Sequence record: LR745206.1
DNA: 64,000 bases
Reading direction: 5' to 3' (one strand)
The position numbers were made by a program, and so were the translations under genes. Positions 28,450 through 38,433 of this stretch are shown one piece after another. A model generated the notes under the pieces. That model saw nothing but the letters and a program-made list of their open reading frames with translations, did no database searches and was not told the DNA's origin. Each line of letters begins with the position of its first letter. Within the stretch, counting starts at the first letter, position 1.

Positions 28450-29104
28450 GAATAAATTTAAAAAGTTTGGAGGCGATTACATCCCAGATATAATCGAGTA
28501 CATTAAGGAGTTTTTAGAAAACGATCCAACCGCAACAGTAACAGTTGGTTGTGATTCTATACAAAAACGTAGAAAAACTGTTTATGCAAATACTATTATG
28601 CTTTATAATACCGATGTAAAGAAAGGTGCTCATGTTGTTTTCTTTAGAGAATCTTGTGCTAAAGTTAGAGATAATCAAGAGAGATTATATAAAGAAGCTG
28701 TTTACTTACATGATTTAGGTATGTACCTTGATAAAGAATTATCAAGCTTTTATACTAGAAAAGATTTGAATGATAATGAAATAAAGAGATATAAGTATCA
28801 CTTATTGAAGTGCGCTGGTGAATTTTCTAATATTTCTGTACACCAAGAAGATGGTGTTTTGAAAAATCTAAATGTAACTGACATCGATAGATATCCTAAT
28901 GGACTACAACCTAGATTGGTAGATCTTCATGTTGACTTTAATCCATTTGAGGGTAATATGAATGAGAAGGGTGTTCATAAGAATAAATCTTATATCGCTT
29001 ATAAGAGTTATGTTCCTTGGTTAAGGGGGATGGGTTTCAGAACTTGGGCTAAACCGATGGCTTTTGCATCTACGAGTGCCGCTGATCTTTTATTACAAGA
29101 TTAA
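28442..29104 (+). CDS. RNase H-like (YkuK/DUF458-type) protein
   Basis: VTVGCDS, GAHVVF, RLYKEA, LHVDFN, AADLL. Confidence 0.75.
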   Translation: MFKNKFKKFGGDYIPDIIEYIKEFLENDPTATVTVGCDSIQKRRKTVYANTIMLYNTDVKKGAHVVFFRESCAKVRDNQERLYKEAVYLHDLGMYLDKELSSFYTRKDLNDNEIKRYKYHLLKCAGEFSNISVHQEDGVLKNLNVTDIDRYPNGLQPRLVDLHVDFNPFEGNMNEKGVHKNKSYIAYKSYVPWLRGMGFRTWAKPMAFASTSAADLLLQD

Positions 29105-29460
29105 TGAACTTTGAGATAAATAAATATCTACTTAATAAAATGGGATGGGTAACCTATTCCCAGGTAAGAGGAATCGGACTAATGTTAAAACATTCTCTAT
29201 TTGAGAATGATCCATTAGTCCGATTTTTTATCGATATATCTGATAAAAAAAAGTGTTATGTTATAAAAGAACTTTCTGAATCAGAAAAACAAAAATCAAA
29301 AAATACATATAAGTTTATAATAACTGATTATGATGGTTCAACAAATATAATAGTTTTTGAATTTAATTCTAATCATGAAATGTTCACGTTGATTATTGAA
29401 CATGAGGCTTGTGGTGATGAATACCAAAGACATTTTAAATTAAATAAATTATTAAAATAA
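29104..29460 (+). CDS. hypothetical protein with RxxK motif
   Basis: Ends QRHFKLNKLLK. Confidence 0.6.
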   Translation: MNFEINKYLLNKMGWVTYSQVRGIGLMLKHSLFENDPLVRFFIDISDKKKCYVIKELSESEKQKSKNTYKFIITDYDGSTNIIVFEFNSNHEMFTLIIEHEACGDEYQRHFKLNKLLK

Positions 29461-30068
29461 TGAAAAGAAGAGAATTAAAAATTTTAGGACTATCCTACAG
29501 CCAAAGTCAAATTGGATCTTATGTATTGGTTCTATCTGATAAAAAAGGTAGTAGAAAATTACCACTAATAGTTAAACCTCTGGAGGCTCAACGAATAGCT
29601 CTAGAGATAGAGGGTATAAAATCACCTCGACCATTGACACATGATTTGTTTAAATCTTTAGGTGATGCTTATGGTATAGATATACAAGAAATATTTATAC
29701 ATTCCTTATTAGAGGGTGTATTCTATACTAAAATAATAACAACAAATGGAATAGAAGAATTTGAGCTTGAGTGTACTGCTGGTGATGCTATTGCCCTTTC
29801 TGTTATTTATAAATGTCCGATAATGGTAACTCAAGAGATACTAGACACAGCGGGTGTTATTATATCTGATGATGGTAGTATTCCTGATGGGAATGATGTT
29901 GATTATGAAGAGTATGGTGAATATATTGAAGATGAAGAAGTAAAACCAGATAGAATAGTTTCCGTTGAGGATCTCGAAAAGATGATGCAGGAAGCTATTG
30001 TTAATGAAGAATATGAGATAGCGGCGGAGATTCGTGATAGAATAAACACTTTGAGAGAAGATAAGTAA
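29460..30068 (+). CDS. bifunctional nuclease (DUF151) with UvrB/UvrC motif
   Basis: LPLIV, PRPLTHDL, EGVFY, DAIALS; C-terminal AIVNEEYEIAAEIRD. Confidence 0.88.
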   Translation: MKRRELKILGLSYSQSQIGSYVLVLSDKKGSRKLPLIVKPLEAQRIALEIEGIKSPRPLTHDLFKSLGDAYGIDIQEIFIHSLLEGVFYTKIITTNGIEEFELECTAGDAIALSVIYKCPIMVTQEILDTAGVIISDDGSIPDGNDVDYEEYGEYIEDEEVKPDRIVSVEDLEKMMQEAIVNEEYEIAAEIRDRINTLREDK

Positions 30069-30082
30069 TTAAATTATAAAAT

Positions 30083-30979
30083 ATGGCATTATCATACATT
30101 GGCGGCAAGAGTCGTATCGGGACATGGATAAGAAATTATATCCCAAATAACATAGAGACTTATGTTGAACCCTTTAGTGGGATGTTTTGGGTATTCTTTA
30201 AGTTGAATCTACCACTTTATCCAAACCTTAAAAGAGTTGTCTATAATGATTCTAACCCACTGAATGTTAACCTATTTAATTGTATTAAAAATTATGTTGA
30301 TTTTTATGATGTTATAAAAGATTATCATTCACAAGACAAAGAATTATTTAACCAATACCAAAAAGAGATATTCCACCCAGATTTCGAAGTGGATTTATCT
30401 GAGCCAGATTATCACACAGCGGCTAAATATGCTTATGTTCTTAGTCAAGTATGGTCAGGAACTAATCCTGAGAAATCTAAATTCATTGATCTTAAAGGAA
30501 AATATAAATCAAAGTTTGATTCATTCAAAGGTAAATTGATAAATGAGAAATGGCAAAATTATTTTGATAAGATTACAATCTGTGAGAGTATGGATTTCCA
30601 AGATGTAATTGATAAATATGATTCATCAACAACCTATTTCTACTGCGATCCACCATATTATAAAACAGAGAAGTATTATGCTAATCATGACTTTGATATA
30701 GAAACACATGAAAGATTAGCTAACTCGTTAAAATCTATTGATGGTAAGTTTTCTTTGAGCTACTATCATTTCGATAAATTAGATGAATGGTTTCCGAAAG
30801 GTGAGTTTATTTGGAAAAATAAAGATTTCCACAAAGCAGCTATGGCTAAATCTGGAAAATCACAAACAAAAGGAACTGAACTTCTAATAATGAACTATGG
30901 TGAAATAAAAGAGGAAACAAAAGAAGAAGAATTTGTTGTGGTTGAAAGTGATGATGATGATTTCTTCAAAATTAATTAA
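30083..30979 (+). CDS. dam: Dam-family (D12 class) DNA adenine methyltransferase
   Basis: YIGGK, YVEPFSG, YNDSN, FYCDPPY. Confidence 0.88.
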   Translation: MALSYIGGKSRIGTWIRNYIPNNIETYVEPFSGMFWVFFKLNLPLYPNLKRVVYNDSNPLNVNLFNCIKNYVDFYDVIKDYHSQDKELFNQYQKEIFHPDFEVDLSEPDYHTAAKYAYVLSQVWSGTNPEKSKFIDLKGKYKSKFDSFKGKLINEKWQNYFDKITICESMDFQDVIDKYDSSTTYFYCDPPYYKTEKYYANHDFDIETHERLANSLKSIDGKFSLSYYHFDKLDEWFPKGEFIWKNKDFHKAAMAKSGKSQTKGTELLIMNYGEIKEETKEEEFVVVESDDDDFFKIN

Positions 30980-30983
30980 CTAA

Positions 30984-31328
30984 ATGATAAATCCATCATC
31001 AATAAACATCGATAATAAAATATTGATGAATTACGATTCCAGATTGGAAGTTAAATCAACTATGATTTACACCACAAATCATTATAATTTTAAATTATTT
31101 GGTGATTATTACGGTGGTGATTTTAATGATTTCCAAGTATCTAATATAATTATATTGATATGTAATCTAAACACAATAGAATCTTATTGGGAAGAATTAA
31201 AAGATCAAATTCTACACAAACCTACACTATTACAATCAATGTTACCAAATATTTCATCAATACAAGAAATGGATAGTAAACATAAAAGCTGGTTCAGAGA
31301 TAGAAAGATAGATGAGGTATTGAAGTAA
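30984..31328 (+). CDS. hypothetical protein with RxxK motif
   Basis: Ends FRDRKIDEVLK. Confidence 0.6.
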   Translation: MINPSSINIDNKILMNYDSRLEVKSTMIYTTNHYNFKLFGDYYGGDFNDFQVSNIIILICNLNTIESYWEELKDQILHKPTLLQSMLPNISSIQEMDSKHKSWFRDRKIDEVLK

Positions 31329-31360
31329 TTAATAAATAGGTTAATAAAACTTATTTTTAT

Positions 31361-31588
31361 ATGAGATACAAATCAGGAGACGTTGTGATTAAAACCACTG
31401 GTGGTAATAAAATGTCAATATTTGATGTTGTTAGTGAGGGAGTTTATAAATGTATTTGGTGTGTTGGTAGTAGAATGAATGAATCCCTATTTAAAGAAGA
31501 TGAAATAATACCAATTTCTGAGTATAGAATTGTTGAAGAAAGGCAGTATAAGATTGATGAATTATTGAAAAATTCTAAGGATGAATAA
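31361..31588 (+). CDS. DUF2158-like small protein with RxxK motif
   Basis: KSGDVV..KTTGGNKM..CIW; ends ERQYKIDELLKN. Confidence 0.55.
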   Translation: MRYKSGDVVIKTTGGNKMSIFDVVSEGVYKCIWCVGSRMNESLFKEDEIIPISEYRIVEERQYKIDELLKNSKDE

Positions 31589-32180
31589 CTTTACCAGATG
31601 ATGTTTTGAAAACTGGCCATTTACAATCCATTTCAAAATAAACTCTAATTTCTAAAGGATTAATATGACTCATACTTCTTATTTGAGATTCTGTAAACTT
31701 AGTTTGCCAAAAACACATTTCCATTTTATACCCAATTGATTTTAATCTATTTTTAGCTTCGATTATATCATCCAATAAATCCACACCTTCTTCTCCTAAC
31801 CAACCAGCCTTTTCATATGGGAAATCAATACCGATGGATAAAAATCCAATAATCCATTTACCATTATATTTAGGTATATAAAAATCTGATATTGATTCTA
31901 AATCATGTTCTGATGGTGTTGGGTAAAAATTTCTATTATAAAGAAATCTCTCATCATTTTCAATTATTGAGTTAGTAGATGCGTTAAACCCTTCATAGAA
32001 ACCACCAAATGTATATGATTTTATAATACCCATGTCATTTAATGGTGCTAATGTATCAGTTATATTACCGAATATATCAATTATCTTAATAGAGTTAGAT
32101 TTAGTTAATTCTCTTTTAACATCTAAATAAGATGGTATTTCACTATTATCCTCATTGAATTTGTCCCAGCCTTGAATCAT
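31575..32180 (-). CDS. tagged hypothetical protein
   Basis: MIQGWDKFNE; KNRLKSIGY module. Confidence 0.65.
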   Translation of the reverse strand: MIQGWDKFNEDNSEIPSYLDVKRELTKSNSIKIIDIFGNITDTLAPLNDMGIIKSYTFGGFYEGFNASTNSIIENDERFLYNRNFYPTPSEHDLESISDFYIPKYNGKWIIGFLSIGIDFPYEKAGWLGEEGVDLLDDIIEAKNRLKSIGYKMEMCFWQTKFTESQIRSMSHINPLEIRVYFEMDCKWPVFKTSSGKVIHP

Positions 32181-32182
32181 AA

Positions 32183-32194
32183 TAATATATATTA
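32183..32194. promoter_or_regulatory. palindromic TAATATATATTA between divergent start codons
   Basis: Perfect 12-bp palindrome between ATG32180(-) and ATG32198(+). Confidence 0.6.
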
Positions 32195-32197
32195 AAT

Positions 32198-32542
32198 ATG
32201 AAACTGGATATTAATGAGGTGTATCATAATTACATAACAAAAGTTATAATATTTGCTCTATTTACATTTAAGAGGCAATCAAGACAACCTGCCATTTATA
32301 GACAGTCCGTATTACTCTTTGTTAATAAGAGATTACCATGGAAAATTCATTTAGATGTTTCAATTGATAGAAGATATAAATTAGAGGATGAAAGAGATTA
32401 TTTGTTAGAAGATATATTAAATAATATAGAATCTAATGTCCTACCTATTGTTATAATTAGTTTTACATCACCATTAAAAGAAACTCAGATGGTTATTGAT
32501 TTAAAAGATGAGGATAAATATCAAAAATTTCTGTATAATTAA
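32198..32542 (+). CDS. hypothetical protein
   Basis: 114-aa ORF. Confidence 0.6.
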   Translation: MKLDINEVYHNYITKVIIFALFTFKRQSRQPAIYRQSVLLFVNKRLPWKIHLDVSIDRRYKLEDERDYLLEDILNNIESNVLPIVIISFTSPLKETQMVIDLKDEDKYQKFLYN

Positions 32543-32557
32543 ATTAATATATAGTTT

Positions 32558-33244
32558 ATGCAACACTTAGACAAGTATAAATATTTCCAAATAAATGAAG
32601 CTGATGAGAATAAACCTAAAGATCAACCAAAAAGATCTGAGAGGGTTTTAAATCAAGCACAAAAGGAATGGGATGGTGAGCAAGAATCTAAAATAGATCA
32701 AAATACTGAAAGTATGCCAACTATGTTGTTTACTGATGTTGTTGGATCATCAAAGATGTGGTCAGATGATCCAAAGAGTATGTCTGAGCAATTAAAAGAA
32801 CATCATGAATTAGTAAATAGTTTATCTGAGAAGTATCATGGTTGGGTTGTTAAGACAATTGGAGATGCTTTTATGATATATTTTGATCCAAGTAAGGATT
32901 CTTTAATAAATGCTCTTAAATTCTCAAAAGAGTTAACCAAGAATGAAAAGAAATATCAACTAAGAATTGGTGTATGTTCTGGTAACATGGAGACTAGGAC
33001 ATATAGATTACAAAAGGTTAATCTTAAAGACTTCTTTGGTAATGCTGTTAATACTGCATCAAGAATGGAGTCGAAAGTTTCTGACTCAAGGGGAGTAGCT
33101 TTCACATCAGTTAAGCCAATTTCTAAAGAGATATTGAGTAGAATAGGCAAAGAGGTTGGTCAGGTATTAAAAGCAGATCTTTCTGATATTGATCTAAGAG
33201 GTGTAAGTGTTGAATCAGCTTATAAGATAAGATTTGGTAATTAA
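32558..33244 (+). CDS. class III adenylate/guanylate cyclase
   Basis: LFTDVVGSS, VKTIGDAFM, LRIGVCSG, DFFGNAVNTASRMES. Confidence 0.9.
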   Translation: MQHLDKYKYFQINEADENKPKDQPKRSERVLNQAQKEWDGEQESKIDQNTESMPTMLFTDVVGSSKMWSDDPKSMSEQLKEHHELVNSLSEKYHGWVVKTIGDAFMIYFDPSKDSLINALKFSKELTKNEKKYQLRIGVCSGNMETRTYRLQKVNLKDFFGNAVNTASRMESKVSDSRGVAFTSVKPISKEILSRIGKEVGQVLKADLSDIDLRGVSVESAYKIRFGN

Positions 33245-33942
33245 TCCTCTGACTCAGAAATATCATCGACCCAGAATTTAACAGTTAACCAGGTATTACC
33301 TTGGTGTGTTCCATGTTCATAATAATCAAATCCAAATTTCTGAATCATTCTATCTAACTTATCTTCTATATCACTTGGTATTTCACCATCATAACTAAAA
33401 GACTCAGCTCCAACATGTATGATATTACCATCATATTCAATTTCTTCCACCTTTAACCCAAAAAATTCAAATTGTTTTATTATATCATCCTTTGTTGGAA
33501 TATCCGAATCAGTTTTTATATCTGGTTTTGTGAAGTAATAACTAATTGATATAAATTCACCGGAGTTAGTATCAGAGAAGTCAAATTTATTCATTGACCA
33601 ACCCATATCAACTATCCTACTAACAGCAGGCACCATTCCTGTAATAATATTACTGAATTCTTTATAATCACATCGTTTTGATATTATAATATGAAATGCA
33701 CTTTTAATTTTATTACCAGCTACATATATCGGTTTAAATTCATTTATCTTTTCATCATTCTTATTAAGAAAATCATCCATACTAATCCCACCGAATCTTG
33801 AGTTAAATTTCACATTATATCCATCATCTATAAATTCACTCATAATATCAACTAAATTAGGTAATAATTCATTAATTTCACCCTTCATAGATTTATCCTC
33901 TTTGATATAAGTATATTTATTATATTTGTGTAAATATTTCAT
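33241..33942 (-). CDS. tagged hypothetical protein
   Basis: MKYLHKYN; DIMSEFIDDG module. Confidence 0.65.
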   Translation of the reverse strand: MKYLHKYNKYTYIKEDKSMKGEINELLPNLVDIMSEFIDDGYNVKFNSRFGGISMDDFLNKNDEKINEFKPIYVAGNKIKSAFHIIISKRCDYKEFSNIITGMVPAVSRIVDMGWSMNKFDFSDTNSGEFISISYYFTKPDIKTDSDIPTKDDIIKQFEFFGLKVEEIEYDGNIIHVGAESFSYDGEIPSDIEDKLDRMIQKFGFDYYEHGTHQGNTWLTVKFWVDDISESED

Positions 33943-33975
33943 TAGATAGTATATATAAAAAACACAATAGAATAC

Positions 33976-34006
33976 TTTGAATAATGGGATATATTTACTA
34001 TATTTG
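33976..34006 (+). promoter_or_regulatory. full Bacteroidota consensus promoter (TTTG-N19-TAnnTTTG)
   Basis: TTTG 33976-33979 and TATATTTG 33999-34006. Confidence 0.7.
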
Positions 34007-34022
34007 TATGTAAATAAAAAAT

Positions 34023-34895
34023 ATGAGAGATTATAATAAGGATGAGATATTTAATTATATAGATAACCTTTCTATTGAAAAATCTGGTAGCCAGATAGTA
34101 ACAAAATATAACGATAAAGTTATTAAGGTTGCTAATGTTTCAAATAGATATGAGATATTTGATATTGTTAAGTATCTTAAAGATAAGATAAATGATATTG
34201 AAAAAAACTTCAATATCACCAAATATCAATTGGTTATAAAAGGAGGACAACAATACCTTAAATTAATCTCGGATAGAGTTGAAGTTGGTGGGATTGAATT
34301 CTATAAATCTTTTTATATACTAAACTCAAGTGATAAATCAAGAAGATTAAGTTTTAATATAGGTCTTTATTCAAAAGATTCTAACTTCTCTATTATATCA
34401 GGTGTTAGAAATATAGGATTGACAAAGAAACATCTAAAAGGTGTTACTCAAGCAGCAGAAGATGCAACAGTTGGATTAAATGATGAAACATTCAATGAAC
34501 AAATCGAAGCACTCAACTCGATTGTTGGTCATAGAATTGCATTTTCAAAAATTAGGGAAATAATACTTGGTGATTCAGATCTTTTTTTAGCAGATATACC
34601 ACAAATAAACCATCGTAAATTTGACGCATTTAAGAATTCAGTTAGATTTGCTGGTTCTAATAGTCAATTAGATATAACAAGAGAACAAAGAGATATGTTG
34701 TTCACTGAATCCGAAAGACTATTTTATGTAACAAAAGAACAAGATTTTTATATGGATGCTTTTTGGGCATTCCAAGTTTATCTTAGATTGTTTAATAAAC
34801 AAGACTCTCATATTATAAGAAATGAAACAGAAAGAATTATGAAAATGACACAATGGTCAATTAGAAACTCAGTATTAGAATCATTAGGAATTTAA
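34023..34895 (+). CDS. DUF932-like protein
   Basis: YILNSSDKS..LSFNIGLY..KKH pattern; ends IRNSVLESLGI. Confidence 0.5.
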   Translation: MRDYNKDEIFNYIDNLSIEKSGSQIVTKYNDKVIKVANVSNRYEIFDIVKYLKDKINDIEKNFNITKYQLVIKGGQQYLKLISDRVEVGGIEFYKSFYILNSSDKSRRLSFNIGLYSKDSNFSIISGVRNIGLTKKHLKGVTQAAEDATVGLNDETFNEQIEALNSIVGHRIAFSKIREIILGDSDLFLADIPQINHRKFDAFKNSVRFAGSNSQLDITREQRDMLFTESERLFYVTKEQDFYMDAFWAFQVYLRLFNKQDSHIIRNETERIMKMTQWSIRNSVLESLGI

Positions 34896-34899
34896 ATTT

Positions 34900-35373
34900 A
34901 TGTTAAAAGAAGATAACTCAGGATTTATTAACTTTCCAATACCAGGGAAGGATTTTAATAAAATAGAAGATGGTGGCAGAACATTCATTTATCTAGCCGC
35001 TTTTGATGTGGAGGATTTTGTTAATGTTGGATATGATCTTTCTAATATTAATTTAATACTAAGAGGTAATTTTGTATCTGATGATATGGCTATGAGATCC
35101 AGAAAGGATTTTAAGAAATCTTTATTAGATAGTACAGAAAGATACTTCCCAAATGAGATTACAAAAGATTCAGAGGTGCTAAAAACATCAATACCATTAA
35201 CCACTTGTATATGTGTGGGTTGGTCAGAGGCAATGTATGAACTGCGTGATGAAAATATGCCATGGTGTGCTACTTTTAGAGATTTAACATCCGAAGGTAG
35301 AAAACTATACTACTCGATTAAAAAGTTACATAATACAAAAGAAGTCCGAATTTTAACATTTAATAATGTTTGA
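34900..35373 (+). CDS. hypothetical protein
   Basis: 157-aa ORF. Confidence 0.65.
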   Translation: MLKEDNSGFINFPIPGKDFNKIEDGGRTFIYLAAFDVEDFVNVGYDLSNINLILRGNFVSDDMAMRSRKDFKKSLLDSTERYFPNEITKDSEVLKTSIPLTTCICVGWSEAMYELRDENMPWCATFRDLTSEGRKLYYSIKKLHNTKEVRILTFNNV

Positions 35374-35412
35374 AATCAAAAATAATTAATTATATTTGTA
35401 AAAAATAAATTT

Positions 35413-37089
35413 ATGCCATACGAAAGAAAAACAATTGATATTTTTATATCTGATGAATTGAAGAATATTTTGCAAGAAATAGAATCAGAATCATTAGTAG
35501 CACATCTTTTATTGAAAAAGAGACACAACAAAGAAGATATTGTTGAGGATAATGTAAACTACATTTCTGTATCTGCTTCTGATAAAAGGAGAATATCTTA
35601 TATGTCACATGATAGAATTGACTCTATTGATGAATCAGAATTTTGGGTATCTTCTCGTAGGTATAATGTAAAACCTGGATCTTTTATTTCGAAAGTGTTC
35701 AAAAATATACCTGCTAAAGAAGTTGAAAAATTTTCAAATTTATTTAGAGCGGAGGTTGTAAAACCTAATTTTAGATTCGAGGTTATCACTGGTGAAAGAA
35801 TTAAGGAATTATATAAATATGATTCTTATGCTTCTGATAGAGGATCACTTGGTATTTCATGTATGAAACATGAACATTGTCAAAAATTCTTCAATATTTA
35901 TTCTGATAATACTGATAATATTTCATTACTAGCTATGTTTGATAATGATAATTTACTTATCGGAAGAGCATTGCTTTGGAACTTTGATTCTTTCAAAATA
36001 ATGGATAGAATCTATACAAAATGTGATGAAGAATATTCATTATATTTTAAGAAATGGGCAGTTAAGAATGATTACTTACATAAAAGTGAGCAGAATTGGT
36101 ACAATACAATATTCTTTGAGCAATTTGGTCAAAAACAAATTGAACTAAAATTGGAAGTAAAGCTACCATATGGTCAACAAGAACTATATCCATATATGGA
36201 TACATTTAAATTTATTAGTGATGATGGTAACCTTTATAATTATCAACCAGAGGGTATAAGATATAAAACACTTTGTTCTTGTGATGGTCAAAAACAATCA
36301 AGTGATTATCTTAGATTCGATTCTATTAGTAAAGTATTTAGATATCCTGGTGATACTGTTTGGTTAGAATATTTATCAATCTATACACATCATGATAGTT
36401 GTTATTACTCTGAGTCTAATGATAGACATATCTTGAGAAAAGATACTATCTATGATGAAGAGATTAGAGATTATATTTTCAATGAAGAGAATGATTCTTT
36501 TAATAATAAAAAAAGAATTGAAGAAAGAAGATCATATTATAAAGAGAGAGAACAATCTCGATCTAAGAAGATGAAATTGAAATCAGTAGAATATGATATG
36601 GGATCTCCATTTGATAACATTTCTTTAGACAATGCTGGTGTTGATATTAGTAGATTCTATAACTACATCACAACAAGAATGTCTAATAGAGGAGAATCTA
36701 CTAGAATTGAAGATACTAGAGAAGAAGTGAGTAGAGAAGAAGTAAACGAGGCACCTGCTCTTCGTGCTTCTACATCTAGAATTGAAGATACTAGAGAAGA
36801 AGTGAGTAGAGAAGAAGTAAACGAGGAAGTTGATACTACAAATGAAAACACAGTTAGATTCGGGGTTCCATCACCTGCTTCTACATCCGATAGATATAAC
36901 AATTATTCCGGATACGTTTCTGAAATGATGTATAACCACCCTTTACCAAGAGGTTGGAGACAACATCCGGTTGAAGAATCCGAAGGTAGTATAACTAATA
37001 GAACAGAATCAGATACACCGATAGAATCGGATAATACTGAGTCAGGTATTAGTAGAGATCAAATAGAACAATATCTTTTTGATATTTAA
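35413..37089 (+). CDS. conserved-looking phage protein with low-complexity tail
   Basis: GSLGISCM, GRALLW, MDRIY, YPYMDTF motifs; TATATTTG 35391-35398 upstream. Confidence 0.75.
   Translation: MPYERKTIDIFISDELKNILQEIESESLVAHLLLKKRHNKEDIVEDNVNYISVSASDKRRISYMSHDRIDSIDESEFWVSSRRYNVKPGSFISKVFKNIPAKEVEKFSNLFRAEVVKPNFRFEVITGERIKELYKYDSYASDRGSLGISCMKHEHCQKFFNIYSDNTDNISLLAMFDNDNLLIGRALLWNFDSFKIMDRIYTKCDEEYSLYFKKWAVKNDYLHKSEQNWYNTIFFEQFGQKQIELKLEVKLPYGQQELYPYMDTFKFISDDGNLYNYQPEGIRYKTLCSCDGQKQSSDYLRFDSISKVFRYPGDTVWLEYLSIYTHHDSCYYSESNDRHILRKDTIYDEEIRDYIFNEENDSFNNKKRIEERRSYYKEREQSRSKKMKLKSVEYDMGSPFDNISLDNAGVDISRFYNYITTRMSNRGESTRIEDTREEVSREEVNEAPALRASTSRIEDTREEVSREEVNEEVDTTNENTVRFGVPSPASTSDRYNNYSGYVSEMMYNHPLPRGWRQHPVEESEGSITNRTESDTPIESDNTESGISRDQIEQYLFDI
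36701..36826 (+). repeat. 51-bp direct repeat x2 (75-bp period)
   Basis: 36701-36751 identical to 36776-36826, encoding RIEDTREEVSREEVNE. Confidence 0.9.
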
Positions 37090-37090
37090 T

Positions 37091-37121
37091 AAAAAGGGGA
37101 GATTAATCTCTCCTTTTTTTT
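37091..37121 (+). terminator. intrinsic terminator
   Basis: AAAAAGGGGAGA-TTAA-TCTCTCCTTTTTT. Confidence 0.75.
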
Positions 37122-37174
37122 GCATAAAACTTTAATTTTTTATTAGATATAAACAGTATAAAAATTAAAATACT

Positions 37175-37903
37175 GTGAAAGAAGAACTTTTAGAGAAATT
37201 AAAATGTTTTGAAGACTCCGAGTTTAAATTCGAGCCAAAATATCACAAATACACCTATAATGGTGATCAATTTATATCAGTAACAAAGTACATTCAACAA
37301 TTTCATAAACCATTCGAACATGAATATTGGTCAAAAAAGAAAGCGGAGGAAGCTGGTGTTCCACAAGAGGATATAAAGAAAAAATGGCAAGCATTAAATG
37401 ATTATGCTAATGAAATTGGTACAGATACACACCAATGGATAGAAGACTATTATAATGAGATATGGAGAGAAATCCCAACAAACCAAGACCTACTACACCG
37501 AATAACTAAATTCAATAAGATATTCTCTAAACAACTACATAAACTTCAACCATTGAAATTTGAAGTTCGAGTTTTCTCAAAAAAATGGAAAATAGCTGGT
37601 ATGATAGATTCTCTTTTCATTTATAATGATAAGATATTTATACTAGATTGGAAAACAAATAAAAAATGGACAAATGATGAGAATAATCGGTACCAAAAGC
37701 TTTTGTATCCATTTGGTGAGTTTTATGAAAACCATCAAAATGAATATTCAATACAATTATCATTATATGGTTTGATATTAGAAGAATGGGGATTTGAAGT
37801 GGGTGGTGCTTATATAGTACATATTGGACCAGGTGATGAAGATGCTAATATCTATCCAGTTGTGGATATGAGAGATAAGTTAAGAACATTTTTAGAAGCA
37901 TAA
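37175..37903 (+). CDS. PD-(D/E)xK (Cas4/RecB-like) nuclease
   Basis: GTDTH, IAGMIDSL, ILDWKTNK, QLSLY. Confidence 0.85.
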   Translation: MKEELLEKLKCFEDSEFKFEPKYHKYTYNGDQFISVTKYIQQFHKPFEHEYWSKKKAEEAGVPQEDIKKKWQALNDYANEIGTDTHQWIEDYYNEIWREIPTNQDLLHRITKFNKIFSKQLHKLQPLKFEVRVFSKKWKIAGMIDSLFIYNDKIFILDWKTNKKWTNDENNRYQKLLYPFGEFYENHQNEYSIQLSLYGLILEEWGFEVGGAYIVHIGPGDEDANIYPVVDMRDKLRTFLEA

Positions 37904-37930
37904 AAAAAGAGAGTTAAACACTCTCTTTTA
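37904..37930. terminator. bidirectional terminator between convergent genes
   Basis: AAAAGAGAG-TTAAACA-CTCTCTTTT. Confidence 0.7.
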
Positions 37931-38387
37931 CATTTACCATATCTTCAACAAATAATCCACGTTTCTTTAGCAATTCTAGAATATCATTAGTTGATTCAAA
38001 TTTAGGATTCGCATAAACGATTTCCATTTTACCACTAATTAAGTCAATAGAGTTATCAATCGACCAATCGGTTATTATTTTAGATAATTCATCATATATT
38101 TTTGAATTAAGTTCACCTCTCATCCCTTTCATTCTGTGTTGAAACTCTTCATCTATAACCATAGCTTCTTGTTGTAATTGTTGAAACCTCTCATTCCTGG
38201 ATTTTTGGGTTGTATTATCAACAACCAATCCACTATTGGCTAATTTTATTATTGATTCCATTTCCATCTTTAATGGATTTAATCTATCGATGAATCTTTT
38301 TCTTTCAACATTTATTTCTTTCACACCCGTTTGGTAATTTAGATAATGTCTAGTTAAGATTTCGAAATCTACTACTCTAGTTTGCAT
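37914..38387 (-). CDS. OmpH/Skp-like protein lacking a signal peptide
   Basis: VVDFEIL beta strand, long coiled coil, C-terminal IDLI...VY...DILELL. Confidence 0.7.
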   Translation of the reverse strand: MQTRVVDFEILTRHYLNYQTGVKEINVERKRFIDRLNPLKMEMESIIKLANSGLVVDNTTQKSRNERFQQLQQEAMVIDEEFQHRMKGMRGELNSKIYDELSKIITDWSIDNSIDLISGKMEIVYANPKFESTNDILELLKKRGLFVEDMVNVKESV

Positions 38388-38433
38388 AATTATAAGTTTA
38401 ATTTAATACTTATAGTTAGTAAAATTAAAATGT

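Noticed and set aside
8847-30979. Restriction-modification systems
   Set aside because: Both methyltransferases are orphans with no adjacent recognisable endonuclease, as is typical for phage self-protection
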